From a virus (Duplodnaviria > Heunggongvirae > Uroviricota > Caudoviricetes), in IMG/VR virus record IMGVR_UViG_3300031718_000177: 64,000 nucleotides of DNA; one strand, given 5' to 3'. Every line of letters starts with the position of its first letter. Position 1 is the first letter of the stretch. The notes under the pieces were generated by a model. That model did no database searches. It had not been told where the DNA came from and was given only the letters and a program-made list of their open reading frames with translations. Shown one piece after another: positions 27,626-36,701 of this stretch. The position numbers and the translations under genes are program-made.

Positions 27626-28405
27626 CTACGACAGAAGTTGCTGATTTTCAAGATGTTTCAGAGATTTGCCCCATCTCTGCCTCAGATAAGTATGATTAAG
27701 AGCGAACGTTTCTTCAAGTTTATGGCTTTTTTCTTCGTGAACTGCTTTAATCGTTTTATTGCCATAGTGTTCTACTAAGTCAAGGTGTAGAGCATAAATC
27801 TTATAACCAGCTTCCTTCAACCTTAATGAAAAATCCGCATCCTCAGCGTAAGCAAACTTTAAGTTGATACTGTCAAACAAACCGTATTTCTCATACAAGT
27901 TTCGCTTAAAGCACATGCACCATCCAGGTATAAAATCTATTTGTTCTCCATACGCTATATCGCGACCTTCTAGATTGGCATTAAATAAACTGCCCATATA
28001 TCCTACTTGGGCATATTCAGGATTAGCTTCAATAAAAGCTATCATCGCTCTATCCCATTGCTGATAAACTTTGGTATCTGAGTTAAGTAAAATTATGTAT
28101 TGGCTTTCCCCCATCAAAGCCAGCGTGTTATTAGGTTCTATGAAACCGCGATTGATTTCAGACCTTACAATTTTAGCATCTTTTAATGACCCAATATAAT
28201 CTTGAGTAGCTTCATCAGAAGCATTATCGTAAATTAAAAGTTGATAATTGATGGTATTTTGCTTAATGGATTCTACGCACGCTTTTAAGTAATCAAGTTG
28301 GTTATGTGCAACAATAAGGATATCCTTAGATAGATTATCCTTCATTTCTACGGCTAATTGCCACTCTGCGATAATTTCATCGTGATACTGTTCTAATTTG
28401 TTCAC
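27626..28405 (-). CDS. Glycosyltransferase family 2
   Basis: IVAHNQ, YDNAS, NRGF, ILLNSD, YAEDADFSLR, HYG. Confidence 0.92.
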   Translation of the reverse strand: MNKLEQYHDEIIAEWQLAVEMKDNLSKDILIVAHNQLDYLKACVESIKQNTINYQLLIYDNASDEATQDYIGSLKDAKIVRSEINRGFIEPNNTLALMGESQYIILLNSDTKVYQQWDRAMIAFIEANPEYAQVGYMGSLFNANLEGRDIAYGEQIDFIPGWCMCFKRNLYEKYGLFDSINLKFAYAEDADFSLRLKEAGYKIYALHLDLVEHYGNKTIKAVHEEKSHKLEETFALNHTYLRQRWGKSLKHLENQQLLS

Positions 28406-28608
28406 GCATTAGACGAGTAACTGCGAGCAAGTTTTCTGAGATATTCACCTATTGGATAAGGCCGAATGCCTGGCTTCAATACATTCAATACATAAACATA
28501 CGCCAATCCTTCGTCGTCAGCAATTTGCGTTTCTATTTCGGGTTCTAACCGTTCGCCGGTTGAACGAGCATGCACATAAAGTAATTCTAATTGGCGACGG
28601 GTGAACAT
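28402..28608 (-). CDS. Paralog family member 1 (Q-x-x-L-L-x-x-H-A..R/Q-x-x-E-x-E)
   Basis: MFTRRQLELLYVHARSTGERLEPEIE. Confidence 0.65.
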   Translation of the reverse strand: MFTRRQLELLYVHARSTGERLEPEIETQIADDEGLAYVYVLNVLKPGIRPYPIGEYLRKLARSYSSNA

Positions 28609-28793
28609 TTTATACCTTCGTTTGATTGCGAATAAAAGAATCGGTCGGTCTTAAGAACTGACTTCCTAAGACAATAATAGAAAAACCTAGCTGACCGATT
28701 TTCGACAACCTGTTTCTTTACATCGGGCTCTAATTGTTTGCCAGTGACAACAGCGTGATAACAAAGTAGCTCCAGTTGTTTGGTTGTAAACAT
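28587..28793 (-). CDS. Paralog family member 2
   Basis: MFTTKQLELLCYHAVVTGKQLEPDVK. Confidence 0.65.
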   Translation of the reverse strand: MFTTKQLELLCYHAVVTGKQLEPDVKKQVVENRSARFFYYCLRKSVLKTDRFFYSQSNEGIKCSPVAN

Positions 28794-28794
28794 C

Positions 28795-29997
28795 TTATAC
28801 CTTCGTTAAAGGGAACATCCCTAAATCTAGCATACATTTCCCAAGTATCTCGTGTGTGTAGCGTATCGCATATATAAAAGCCAAACGACCGCCACGGATT
28901 TGTTCAGTATGATATGCGTTGCCCAACATACGGGCTAGATTATGAGCATACGAAGCTACACTCACAGGGTCAAATTGTTCGGTAGCACGATTACGCCAAT
29001 ACGGATAATAGCACGCGTATCCCAAAAGATTGTAATCTATTTCGTGAAAATATCGCTCTGTCAATATGGTATGATGGCGAACATTCTCAACGCCGAAAAA
29101 TGGAACACTTGATAACGCAGACGCAATACGAGCATATGTGTATGTAATGTACAATCCGGCTTGTTCGGGCTTCGTCCATTCTTCTACATTAAAGGAAACA
29201 TTTTGGCTACGAACTACGTGTAAAAAGTTCCAAGCCAGAATGTTCCATGCTAGTTTTTTTGGCTCCGGCGTTTCATCCAAACGATCTATTACCATCCGAA
29301 TAGCATCGGTAGCCAAAAGAGCATTTCCATCGCGACTTTTGATTTTCTTTTTCGTAACAGGGTCTAAAACCAAACCCATGCTTAAATGTTTGTCGCCTAG
29401 ATTTAGTTTCTGAAAATGCTCTTGCTGTTCTGCTCCGGTTAAATAATGTGTGGGAGCGACAATTTGTGCGAAAGCAAGATCGTGGTAAGCGTAGGTAGTT
29501 TTACCATCACTTTTACGTATAACTTCTGGCCCTTTGGGGCCTTTCCAAACTAGACAATCTTTATAATCACCTTCACCTTTTTCACAAATTAGAACTGCTT
29601 TGTCAGACATTTCCAAGTCGGTATAAATCTCTGGCTTATATCCGACAAAATCAAGCCATTCATATAAAGATTTCTCTGCTTCTGGCGAGATACCCAAACT
29701 ATGTCCTAGCATAGATACAAAACGACTATTCTTGAAAAGGACTTGTAAAGATTTCGCCAACGCCAAATTACGCAGGTGTCCTACATGCAGATGTTTATTG
29801 AGATTGGGCGAGAAAGCATCAACTACATATTTTGGGGCATCAGGATAGTCAAGCGGCCATTTCCAGCAATTTTCATTTACATGATAGTTGTGGAATCGTC
29901 CCTCTGCCTTATAGGTATAGTCCGCCATCTGTGGCAATGGCGTCATAGAAACGAAGCCAACGCCGAAATTATCTGGAATCGGGCGAATTGTTGTCAT
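28795..29997 (-). CDS. argS: Minimal arginyl-tRNA synthetase
   Basis: DAFSPNLNKHLHVGHLRN, RKSDGKTTYAYHDLA, GAEQQEHF, KKIKSRDG, GLYITYTYARIAS, DALR-like C-terminus. Confidence 0.85.
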   Translation of the reverse strand: MTTIRPIPDNFGVGFVSMTPLPQMADYTYKAEGRFHNYHVNENCWKWPLDYPDAPKYVVDAFSPNLNKHLHVGHLRNLALAKSLQVLFKNSRFVSMLGHSLGISPEAEKSLYEWLDFVGYKPEIYTDLEMSDKAVLICEKGEGDYKDCLVWKGPKGPEVIRKSDGKTTYAYHDLAFAQIVAPTHYLTGAEQQEHFQKLNLGDKHLSMGLVLDPVTKKKIKSRDGNALLATDAIRMVIDRLDETPEPKKLAWNILAWNFLHVVRSQNVSFNVEEWTKPEQAGLYITYTYARIASALSSVPFFGVENVRHHTILTERYFHEIDYNLLGYACYYPYWRNRATEQFDPVSVASYAHNLARMLGNAYHTEQIRGGRLAFIYAIRYTHEILGKCMLDLGMFPLTKV

Positions 29998-30298
29998 CGA
30001 ACGACACTTTCCCTTCATAGAGTATTACTTTATAGTACAGCGGAGGACCAGTGATGGCTTCATAGAGTTTGTTTTTAGCATCTGCCCAATTCTGATCGAT
30101 ATAAGCGGAGTCACGTTGACACTTTAGACAACAATAAACATATCTTATTAAGTACCACCAACAAAAGCAGTGCGATGAATGTTGTCGAGAACGGAATGCG
30201 CTTGTATATAAGGCAGGTTCAATTTCGGGTACACGTTGTTTCATCTCAATGGCGTGTTTCGCTAATATTCCTACTTGATAGCATGTAAAGTCATTCAT
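29969..30298 (-). CDS. Paralog family member 3
   Basis: FTCYQVGILAKHAIEMKQRVPEIE. Confidence 0.65.
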   Translation of the reverse strand: MNDFTCYQVGILAKHAIEMKQRVPEIEPALYTSAFRSRQHSSHCFCWWYLIRYVYCCLKCQRDSAYIDQNWADAKNKLYEAITGPPLYYKVILYEGKVSFDDNNSPDSR

Positions 30299-30662
30299 TA
30301 ATCATCACAGTGGAGAAAAAACGGTTATTGTGGAATAATGAAGTTCCTACGAATAGCGGCGGTCCCTCCGCTAACTTCCTTAGATATTTGCGAGCATATT
30401 GAAGCATGTAATAATATCCGAGCGAAGGAGGGCGAGGTACTTTCAGAACGTCATAAACATAAAAACTGACTTGATCGTCGTAATTTAGAAGAGCTACTTC
30501 AATATTCGGAGTTCTTTCTTTGATTAAATCTATTAGATATCTACGATATCTACCAATCCTATATGAGAATATTGTATGTTCAATTTCTGGTATACGCTGT
30601 TTTGTTTCGATAGCGTGAGTAACTAGCAGGCATAATTGAGAATGATTAAACTTGCTGTTCAT
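30291..30662 (-). CDS. Paralog family member 4
   Basis: FNHSQLCLLVTHAIETKQRIPEIE..ARKYLRKLAEGP. Confidence 0.65.
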   Translation of the reverse strand: MNSKFNHSQLCLLVTHAIETKQRIPEIEHTIFSYRIGRYRRYLIDLIKERTPNIEVALLNYDDQVSFYVYDVLKVPRPPSLGYYYMLQYARKYLRKLAEGPPLFVGTSLFHNNRFFSTVMINE

Positions 30663-30951
30663 TTGATTCTTCTATCAGCTTTCTAAGATATTCTCTTGCT
30701 TGTTGGTCTAGTAATATTCTTTCGTCCAGACTTATGTACCACCATGTTCCATTACCTTTTGCGATGACAATACTCCCGTCAAAGGCTACTTTTCCTTTAC
30801 CGTCATAAACAAACATTTCATGTCCACAAACCCCCACGACGTATTGGATACAGAAGTTACTCTTAACTACGTAGGATTCAATCTCCAGTATTCGCTTCTT
30901 TGTTGCGAGAGCGTGTTTCAATAGCATCTCTGATTGTGTTTCGTTAAACAT
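30646..30951 (-). CDS. Paralog family member 5
   Basis: MFNETQSEMLLKHALATKKRILEIE..AREYLRKL. Confidence 0.65.
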   Translation of the reverse strand: MFNETQSEMLLKHALATKKRILEIESYVVKSNFCIQYVVGVCGHEMFVYDGKGKVAFDGSIVIAKGNGTWWYISLDERILLDQQAREYLRKLIEESNEQQV

Positions 30952-30954
30952 AAC

Positions 30955-31701
30955 TTAAATCAAACGATTTGTCAAGAACCTGTCATAAGTAGTATCCTTA
31001 CCTACTTCGCGAAAATCCGCAATTGGCCTTAATAAAGGAGACGATAATATTCCGTGCTCCTTATTGCCAACAATATAAACGGGAATATCCATAGGCAAAC
31101 ATCGTTGTCCTTTACTTGCCAACTTGAAAATCGAATTGATTGGAGGGACTAAAAACTTGGCTAAGTTGTCCATTAATTTACCTGGCATCTCTGGTTTAAC
31201 GAGCGTTATCCCCGCATCCTCGTACATGTGGGCAACTGCCTGAGTACAGTAGTATTTGCCCGTGTCCGGTTGAAAATTGAAATTATAGTCAGGGTCTTGA
31301 TCTAAATATTTGGTAATTGACTTATCAAGCCGTGCTATTATATCTTCGTTGATATCCTTTAATCTAACTATAAATAGACGACCACTTAAAGCGAGGTCGA
31401 TATGGTCTACTATCCTTTGTAAACTACAACCAAAACCATTCTGTTCAATAGCCCACATATGTCCGTATTGTTTGATACCAATGGCAGCATGTGAGAACTC
31501 AGATTTGGTTGCTCTAGCAACGAGATGAGAAAAACTTATACCGAGATACTTCTCATTACCTAATCTTAGGAATATATCACCAGTAAGACCAATTTCATCG
31601 ATAATCTTAGATATCTCATGCCGGTTGCCATGAAGCGGACTTAAATCAAATATCTTTCTAGATTCATCCTCCCCATATAACTTCAAGGAAAACTCTTTCA
31701 T
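30955..31701 (-). CDS. Permuted papain-like amidase (YiiX/YebB-like NlpC/P60)
   Basis: GDIFLR, FSHAAI, YNFNF..YYCTQAVAHMY. Confidence 0.85.
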   Translation of the reverse strand: MKEFSLKLYGEDESRKIFDLSPLHGNRHEISKIIDEIGLTGDIFLRLGNEKYLGISFSHLVARATKSEFSHAAIGIKQYGHMWAIEQNGFGCSLQRIVDHIDLALSGRLFIVRLKDINEDIIARLDKSITKYLDQDPDYNFNFQPDTGKYYCTQAVAHMYEDAGITLVKPEMPGKLMDNLAKFLVPPINSIFKLASKGQRCLPMDIPVYIVGNKEHGILSSPLLRPIADFREVGKDTTYDRFLTNRLI

Positions 31702-31713
31702 TACCCATTATAT

Positions 31714-31944
31714 ATGGTAATGCAATTCAAAAGATGGCTACTTGAGGGAGTAAGAGATAGTATCAAAATAGTAAGTCACGACTCGATGGGCAATATCACA
31801 TTGGATGTGAATGGGATAAGGTATAAGTACATTACTTATGACGGCAATTTAGTCAATAACTTAGCAAGAGAAGGAAGATTTAAGCCAGGCACAGTATTAC
31901 AAAAACTTAAACTGGCAAACTTTCCTTTCGTAAAACTACCATGA
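31714..31944 (+). CDS. Small protein with an MQFKRWLLE N-terminus
   Basis: Isolated plus-strand gene; motif shared with 4667..5326. Confidence 0.6.
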   Translation: MVMQFKRWLLEGVRDSIKIVSHDSMGNITLDVNGIRYKYITYDGNLVNNLAREGRFKPGTVLQKLKLANFPFVKLP

Positions 31945-32265
31945 TGCGAATAGAATTGTTAAGCCATCTATTATATCGTTAAAAATAACATCTGCCGGAC
32001 TGACAGGTATATTGTTATCGGCCCGCTCCTCTTCTCCTAATCGTAAGGACTGGTATTCGCAATATCTTGCTTTACGTACTGCCGAATCTTTAACAACTTC
32101 TTCTTTCTTGGTGGCAATGAAATCCACTTGGTCTTTTATAAAACTAGCACGGATACCTTGTACTCCTTCACATGCTTCTTGTAGTAAATCAATGTCGCGT
32201 GCTAATATACTTGCTATTTGTTTATACTGTAAAGCATCATCTTGGGTAATTCGCTTTTTAGGCAT
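31936..32265 (-). CDS. Hypothetical protein
   Basis: Packed ORF. Confidence 0.6.
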   Translation of the reverse strand: MPKKRITQDDALQYKQIASILARDIDLLQEACEGVQGIRASFIKDQVDFIATKKEEVVKDSAVRKARYCEYQSLRLGEEERADNNIPVSPADVIFNDIIDGLTILFASW

Positions 32266-32662
32266 CGTCCTTTTCCCAAACTTCTAATATTGAGTTTTTG
32301 TAAGGTTCTGGCTCGCTTGAAACAGGCAAATCTGATTTTGGCTTCTTTTTACGACGATGTTTAACTTGAATTAAGTCATTGCCGTAATATCGGGCAAAAG
32401 TGGCAACATAGGGATGTGGTTTCTTCTCCCTAAAAGGTGGTGTTAAATAAGTATAAATCCCAACCGCCGTAATAGCAACAGGAATAGTCCAGAGTTCAGA
32501 AAACCCCGTAATTCGGTGAAAAAAGGGAGCAACAAATAACCAAAAAACAAAACATGCCACTGGGCAACGACATAAGGTTATTATGATGAAGGTTATTACT
32601 TGCTGTCGTTGCATATTACTTCTCTCACGGGATTTTACCAACTTTCGCAAAAAACGCAACAT
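32258..32662 (-). CDS. Membrane protein
   Basis: Two TM segments and a basic tail. Confidence 0.55.
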   Translation of the reverse strand: MLRFLRKLVKSRERSNMQRQQVITFIIITLCRCPVACFVFWLFVAPFFHRITGFSELWTIPVAITAVGIYTYLTPPFREKKPHPYVATFARYYGNDLIQVKHRRKKKPKSDLPVSSEPEPYKNSILEVWEKDDA

Positions 32663-32678
32663 CTTACTCTGTTAAGGC

Positions 32679-32867
32679 ATGTTTGGACTTGAAGAATTGA
32701 AAAAACTGGATATCGGTAATCTGCAAAAGGCCGGCGAAAACAGCATGAAGTTAGCAGAAAACAGCAATGCTACGCTGGTTGAGATTTCTGCTCACCTAGC
32801 AAAACTTGTTAAAGTAGCGGAAGAGATAAGAGACACTTTACAATCTGGTAAAACTTTGCTACCGTAG
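32679..32867 (+). CDS. Small coiled-coil protein
   Basis: Amphipathic helix; abuts the next gene. Confidence 0.55.
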   Translation: MFGLEELKKLDIGNLQKAGENSMKLAENSNATLVEISAHLAKLVKVAEEIRDTLQSGKTLLP

Positions 32868-32885
32868 ATGAAAAGGAGAATTATC

Positions 32886-33458
32886 ATGCGATTAGATCAT
32901 ATTGCGTACAGAACGAAGGACCGCAAGAAGACGGCAGAGTTCTTTATCAAGGCGTTCGGATATAAAGTTCAGACAGAGTTTGAGCCAATATTCGGAGACG
33001 GAACAAGCCAAGGCGTAAAGTGTATAGCGTTAGAACCGCCAGAGAAAGTTAGTCTTAATTGCCCTTGGGTTCACACTTATTTTGGCGATGATGAAGGTGT
33101 AGACCGCAAACGCATCGGGCGCGATACCGATTACCATATGCCTCCAGAAATCTTTATTAGCGATGGCCCTCCCGAATCTATTGTAGGCAAGTGGATTGCT
33201 GGTCGTGATGGTATCGGCGGCATTCATCACTTAGCATATCAAGTAGATTCTGTACAGGAAACTATGAATGAGTGGAAAGAAAAAGGATATGCCGAGTTTT
33301 TAAGCGATAAACCTTTGACTTGTCCTGATTTAACTCAGGTTTTCACTTCCCCGCACGCACTCACCGGCGTAATTTTCGAGTTCATCGAGAGAGGCAAGCA
33401 CGGGTTTTGTGCCGAGAATGTAGCAAACTTGATGATGAGTACTGAAAAGTGTAAATAA
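32886..33458 (+). CDS. VOC/glyoxalase superfamily protein
   Basis: LDHIAY, GIHHLAYQVD, LTQVFT, IFEFIER; AAGGAG RBS before the ATG at 32886. Confidence 0.88.
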   Translation: MRLDHIAYRTKDRKKTAEFFIKAFGYKVQTEFEPIFGDGTSQGVKCIALEPPEKVSLNCPWVHTYFGDDEGVDRKRIGRDTDYHMPPEIFISDGPPESIVGKWIAGRDGIGGIHHLAYQVDSVQETMNEWKEKGYAEFLSDKPLTCPDLTQVFTSPHALTGVIFEFIERGKHGFCAENVANLMMSTEKCK

Positions 33459-33476
33459 TCACTTTATGTTGATTAA

Positions 33477-34973
33477 TCACGGCAAAGTGTAATAAACAGT
33501 CATCTTAATATAATCGACATAAGCTTCGCCAGTATTGCTATTGATACTTGGGCTGTATCCAGCTACTCCAACGCCAAAACTAGGACTGTTAATCAAGGTC
33601 GTTGTAAGTGATACTCCCCAATAATTATTGTTCCAAATAATTTGACTGCCAAAGGTTTCAGGTCCACCGTAAAAAGCCGATGTTAATACTCCACCCAAAG
33701 AGGCATTAGGCCAATAGGGACCATTGTTGAAACTCGGTGGCTCCGGAATAATATTAGAACCAATGGGAACGCCATTTAAGAATAATTGAAGGGCAAGGTC
33801 TTCGGCCTGTCCTGGCGGTGCGGTTGAAGAATCATAGTATCTATTTACCTCTATATAGACCCCCAATATAGTCGCGTTGAAAGGAACGTTAAAGTTAAAC
33901 CCAGTTCCTACTAGAAAATCTGAGTATGGAGCGCTGCTACCTTGCAGGTCACATTGTGCGAGGCTGCCGTCCGCCATTTCAATCCTATTAACAAACATCC
34001 ACGGATTGATTCCATCAGTTTCATACGGTGCAGGAAAATAACTAAATGCATTTGTTGGAAGAAACGGACCTTGGGTTATCGGGTTAATAGTAAGCATGAA
34101 AACTTGTGTTGCTGTCTGTGAGCTGTTACTTGCTTGTATAGTAAATGTATAAATGGTATCAACAGTAGTACTGTCGGGCGTACCAGATAATAATCCAGAG
34201 CTACTTAATGTAACTCCGCTTGGCAATGCTCCGCTAACTATTGAAAAACTTGGTGTTGTAAAGAAATTACTAGTTGTTATAGTAAAACTTCCTGACGTAC
34301 CGATACTGAAAGCAGTATTACTTTGACTAGTTATAGCTGGCGGTGGGAGAACAATGAGGGCGAAATGTTGTGTGGCATCTGGAGTAACACCATTAGATGC
34401 CGTGAATGTCAAATCATACGTACCAGTCACAGTCGCAGTGCCGCTTAATAGTCCACTTGAAGCAGCAAAAGTAAATCCAGTCGGCAAAGTGCCACTTACG
34501 CTCAATGTTGATGTCGGAGAACCAGTAGCAGTTACATTGAAAGTTCCGAATACTCCTACGGTAACAGTAAAAGTATTTTGACTAGTTATCGTAGGTGCGG
34601 TTCCGCTACTGCCGCCGCCGCCTCCTCCACCACCACCTCCTCCGCCGCCACTTCCACCGGTTCCAGATCCATTTATTATTACGCTCGTAGCATCGTCGGT
34701 TAGAGCAACATGAATAGATACGGAACCGGCTACTCTGAATTGAGTTGGATCTATTGGAGATGGCGTTTGTGTATAGCCGGCACAAGATACTGTCGCTATC
34801 CCTACACTAACTGGCGTTACCAAACAGGTCATACCGCCCGAAGCTGGCGTTAAAGTCACAATACCTGCTGGAACCGCAAACCAAGTAGGTGTAGTTACTG
34901 AGAAAGTGACATTTCCATCTTCATCTTCGAAGGTGGCCGTTAAAGTCGTAGGATTCCCCATTGTAATTAGCAT
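33477..34973 (-). CDS. Ig-like domain virion protein (Big-like, poly-Gly linker, two putative-Ig repeats, C-terminal jelly-roll)
   Basis: TAPTITS..GTLPTGFTF..GLLSGT..YDLTFTASN repeats; poly-G linker. Confidence 0.8.
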   Translation of the reverse strand: MLITMGNPTTLTATFEDEDGNVTFSVTTPTWFAVPAGIVTLTPASGGMTCLVTPVSVGIATVSCAGYTQTPSPIDPTQFRVAGSVSIHVALTDDATSVIINGSGTGGSGGGGGGGGGGGGGSSGTAPTITSQNTFTVTVGVFGTFNVTATGSPTSTLSVSGTLPTGFTFAASSGLLSGTATVTGTYDLTFTASNGVTPDATQHFALIVLPPPAITSQSNTAFSIGTSGSFTITTSNFFTTPSFSIVSGALPSGVTLSSSGLLSGTPDSTTVDTIYTFTIQASNSSQTATQVFMLTINPITQGPFLPTNAFSYFPAPYETDGINPWMFVNRIEMADGSLAQCDLQGSSAPYSDFLVGTGFNFNVPFNATILGVYIEVNRYYDSSTAPPGQAEDLALQLFLNGVPIGSNIIPEPPSFNNGPYWPNASLGGVLTSAFYGGPETFGSQIIWNNNYWGVSLTTTLINSPSFGVGVAGYSPSINSNTGEAYVDYIKMTVYYTLP

Positions 34974-35023
34974 ACGAAATATTTACTAGTAATACTATAT
35001 ATTTACATTAAGGGGTGTAAAAG

Positions 35024-35353
35024 ATGCACGTAGAAAAACGACATGTATATAGATGGGCTTTTAACGCCGGTGCCAGGACAATCAATATATTGGTTCAATT
35101 TTTCGGCATCAGGTTCATTGAAGCCGAACTTGTAGTTGGCAGTGGTAATCAGGAAATTACCGTTGCTCTGCCTGGAAAACCACTTAGAGTATGGATTTCT
35201 TTCGATCAGAACAGTACAATTCCTGTGTGTCAAGGCAATATCGATAAAGCCGGTCTCACCTTACTAAATGATAGTTTCGTTTTATATACAGAGATTTATT
35301 CCGAAATGCGTTCAATTAATTGGTTAGCCATAGTAGATGTAGTGAACAGATAA
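35024..35353 (+). CDS. Beta-sandwich protein, paralog A
   Basis: GNQEITVALPGKPLRVW..PVCQGNIDKAG shared with the next gene. Confidence 0.7.
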   Translation: MHVEKRHVYRWAFNAGARTINILVQFFGIRFIEAELVVGSGNQEITVALPGKPLRVWISFDQNSTIPVCQGNIDKAGLTLLNDSFVLYTEIYSEMRSINWLAIVDVVNR

Positions 35354-35438
35354 ATATGGAAATAAGCAAGGTTATGAAATGCTGGAGTCAATTATACAAA
35401 ATATTAAATCGGGCAGCTTAAAATTATGGAGATTTATT

Positions 35439-35738
35439 ATGAACACATTAACAGATAACACCCCCTCAAAAACAGGAAAATTACAACTAACGACCTACCA
35501 GGATGAAGTTACAGTTGATACCGGTAATCAAGAAATTACTGTCAATCTTCCTGGGAAACCCCTTAGAGTATGGTTTTCACTTGGCGATGATTGCTGTCCC
35601 CCTGTCTGTCAAGGTAACGTAGATAAGGCGGGCGCCACCTTACTGGATAATGGGTTCGTTATCTACGCAGAAATTACTTCTACGATGCGTATAATCAAAT
35701 GGTTTGCTATCATGGAAGCAGATAATGGATTAATGTAA
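35439..35738 (+). CDS. Beta-sandwich protein, paralog B (start could be 35379)
   Basis: GNQEITVNLPGKPLRVW..PVCQGNVDKAG. Confidence 0.7.
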   Translation: MNTLTDNTPSKTGKLQLTTYQDEVTVDTGNQEITVNLPGKPLRVWFSLGDDCCPPVCQGNVDKAGATLLDNGFVIYAEITSTMRIIKWFAIMEADNGLM

Positions 35739-36641
35739 TTTCTGCTTGAGCATATCTTGAAGCTTCTTCACATCAAAAGACCAATAAGAGATAGCATCTG
35801 TCCCGTTAGGAATAGTTTTAAGGAAATTTATTGATTTAGAATGATGGGTAATATCAATAAAAGGAATGCCAAAAGAATAACTGAAAATAATTGAATGTAA
35901 CCTTGTACTAATTATCACATCCACAGCAGCCAATACATCTATTGTATTTTGGACATCTAGTTTGTCAAAAATTACTAGGTTTTTTGTCCAGAACTTACAT
36001 TTTGCAGCAACCCAAGAATTAGCAATACGATCATCGATTGGGAATTGTTGTCCAAATGGTATAAATATAAAACTAGCCGATGTATCGTCTATGACTCTGG
36101 CAAGTTCATAAGCAAAATTATTAAAGCGAGCGACATCTCGTGCTAATCCATCTTGTCCAGCGTGTAGAAGATATGAATTTATTATTATAGCCACCTTTTT
36201 TTGATACAAATCAAGACCTTCAGTAGCAAACTTACTGATTAACCACTCGCGTCCCTTCTGGGCGTCTGCTTTCAACAAAAAAGCCAAATCAGGCATGAAG
36301 GAAACCTTATGACCTTGCTTGACTAATTGTTCCTTACTCGATAAATCTCTGACATAAATATGTCTAAAAACGTTAGGCACTATCATGCCTTCTTCTACCC
36401 CCACAGAAATCGCAAAAATGGGTTTATCCACCTTCGTAGCTTTCTCCAATTCCTTAAAGAAATACGGCTTTAAGACGTTCCCACCACCAAGTATTACAGC
36501 ATCATATTTCGCGACATCAGTTGGATTGATTTTATCAACAAAAGTCAGTTCGTGTTCAGGGAAAACGATAGGGAAGGATAACCGGTAACTCTCGTCACCA
36601 ATATTAAAGTGCCCATAAAACCCTAGTATGAGTAATTTCAT
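35730..36641 (-). CDS. Polysaccharide pyruvyl transferase family protein
   Basis: GFYGHFNIGD, LGGGNVL, YVRD, PDLAF, STRLHS. Confidence 0.9.
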   Translation of the reverse strand: MKLLILGFYGHFNIGDESYRLSFPIVFPEHELTFVDKINPTDVAKYDAVILGGGNVLKPYFFKELEKATKVDKPIFAISVGVEEGMIVPNVFRHIYVRDLSSKEQLVKQGHKVSFMPDLAFLLKADAQKGREWLISKFATEGLDLYQKKVAIIINSYLLHAGQDGLARDVARFNNFAYELARVIDDTSASFIFIPFGQQFPIDDRIANSWVAAKCKFWTKNLVIFDKLDVQNTIDVLAAVDVIISTRLHSIIFSYSFGIPFIDITHHSKSINFLKTIPNGTDAISYWSFDVKKLQDMLKQKLH

Positions 36642-36701
36642 GTAGAATATATACGAAAAAATAAACACACTTCATTCACTAAATACTCGTAGGAATTCAA
36701 T

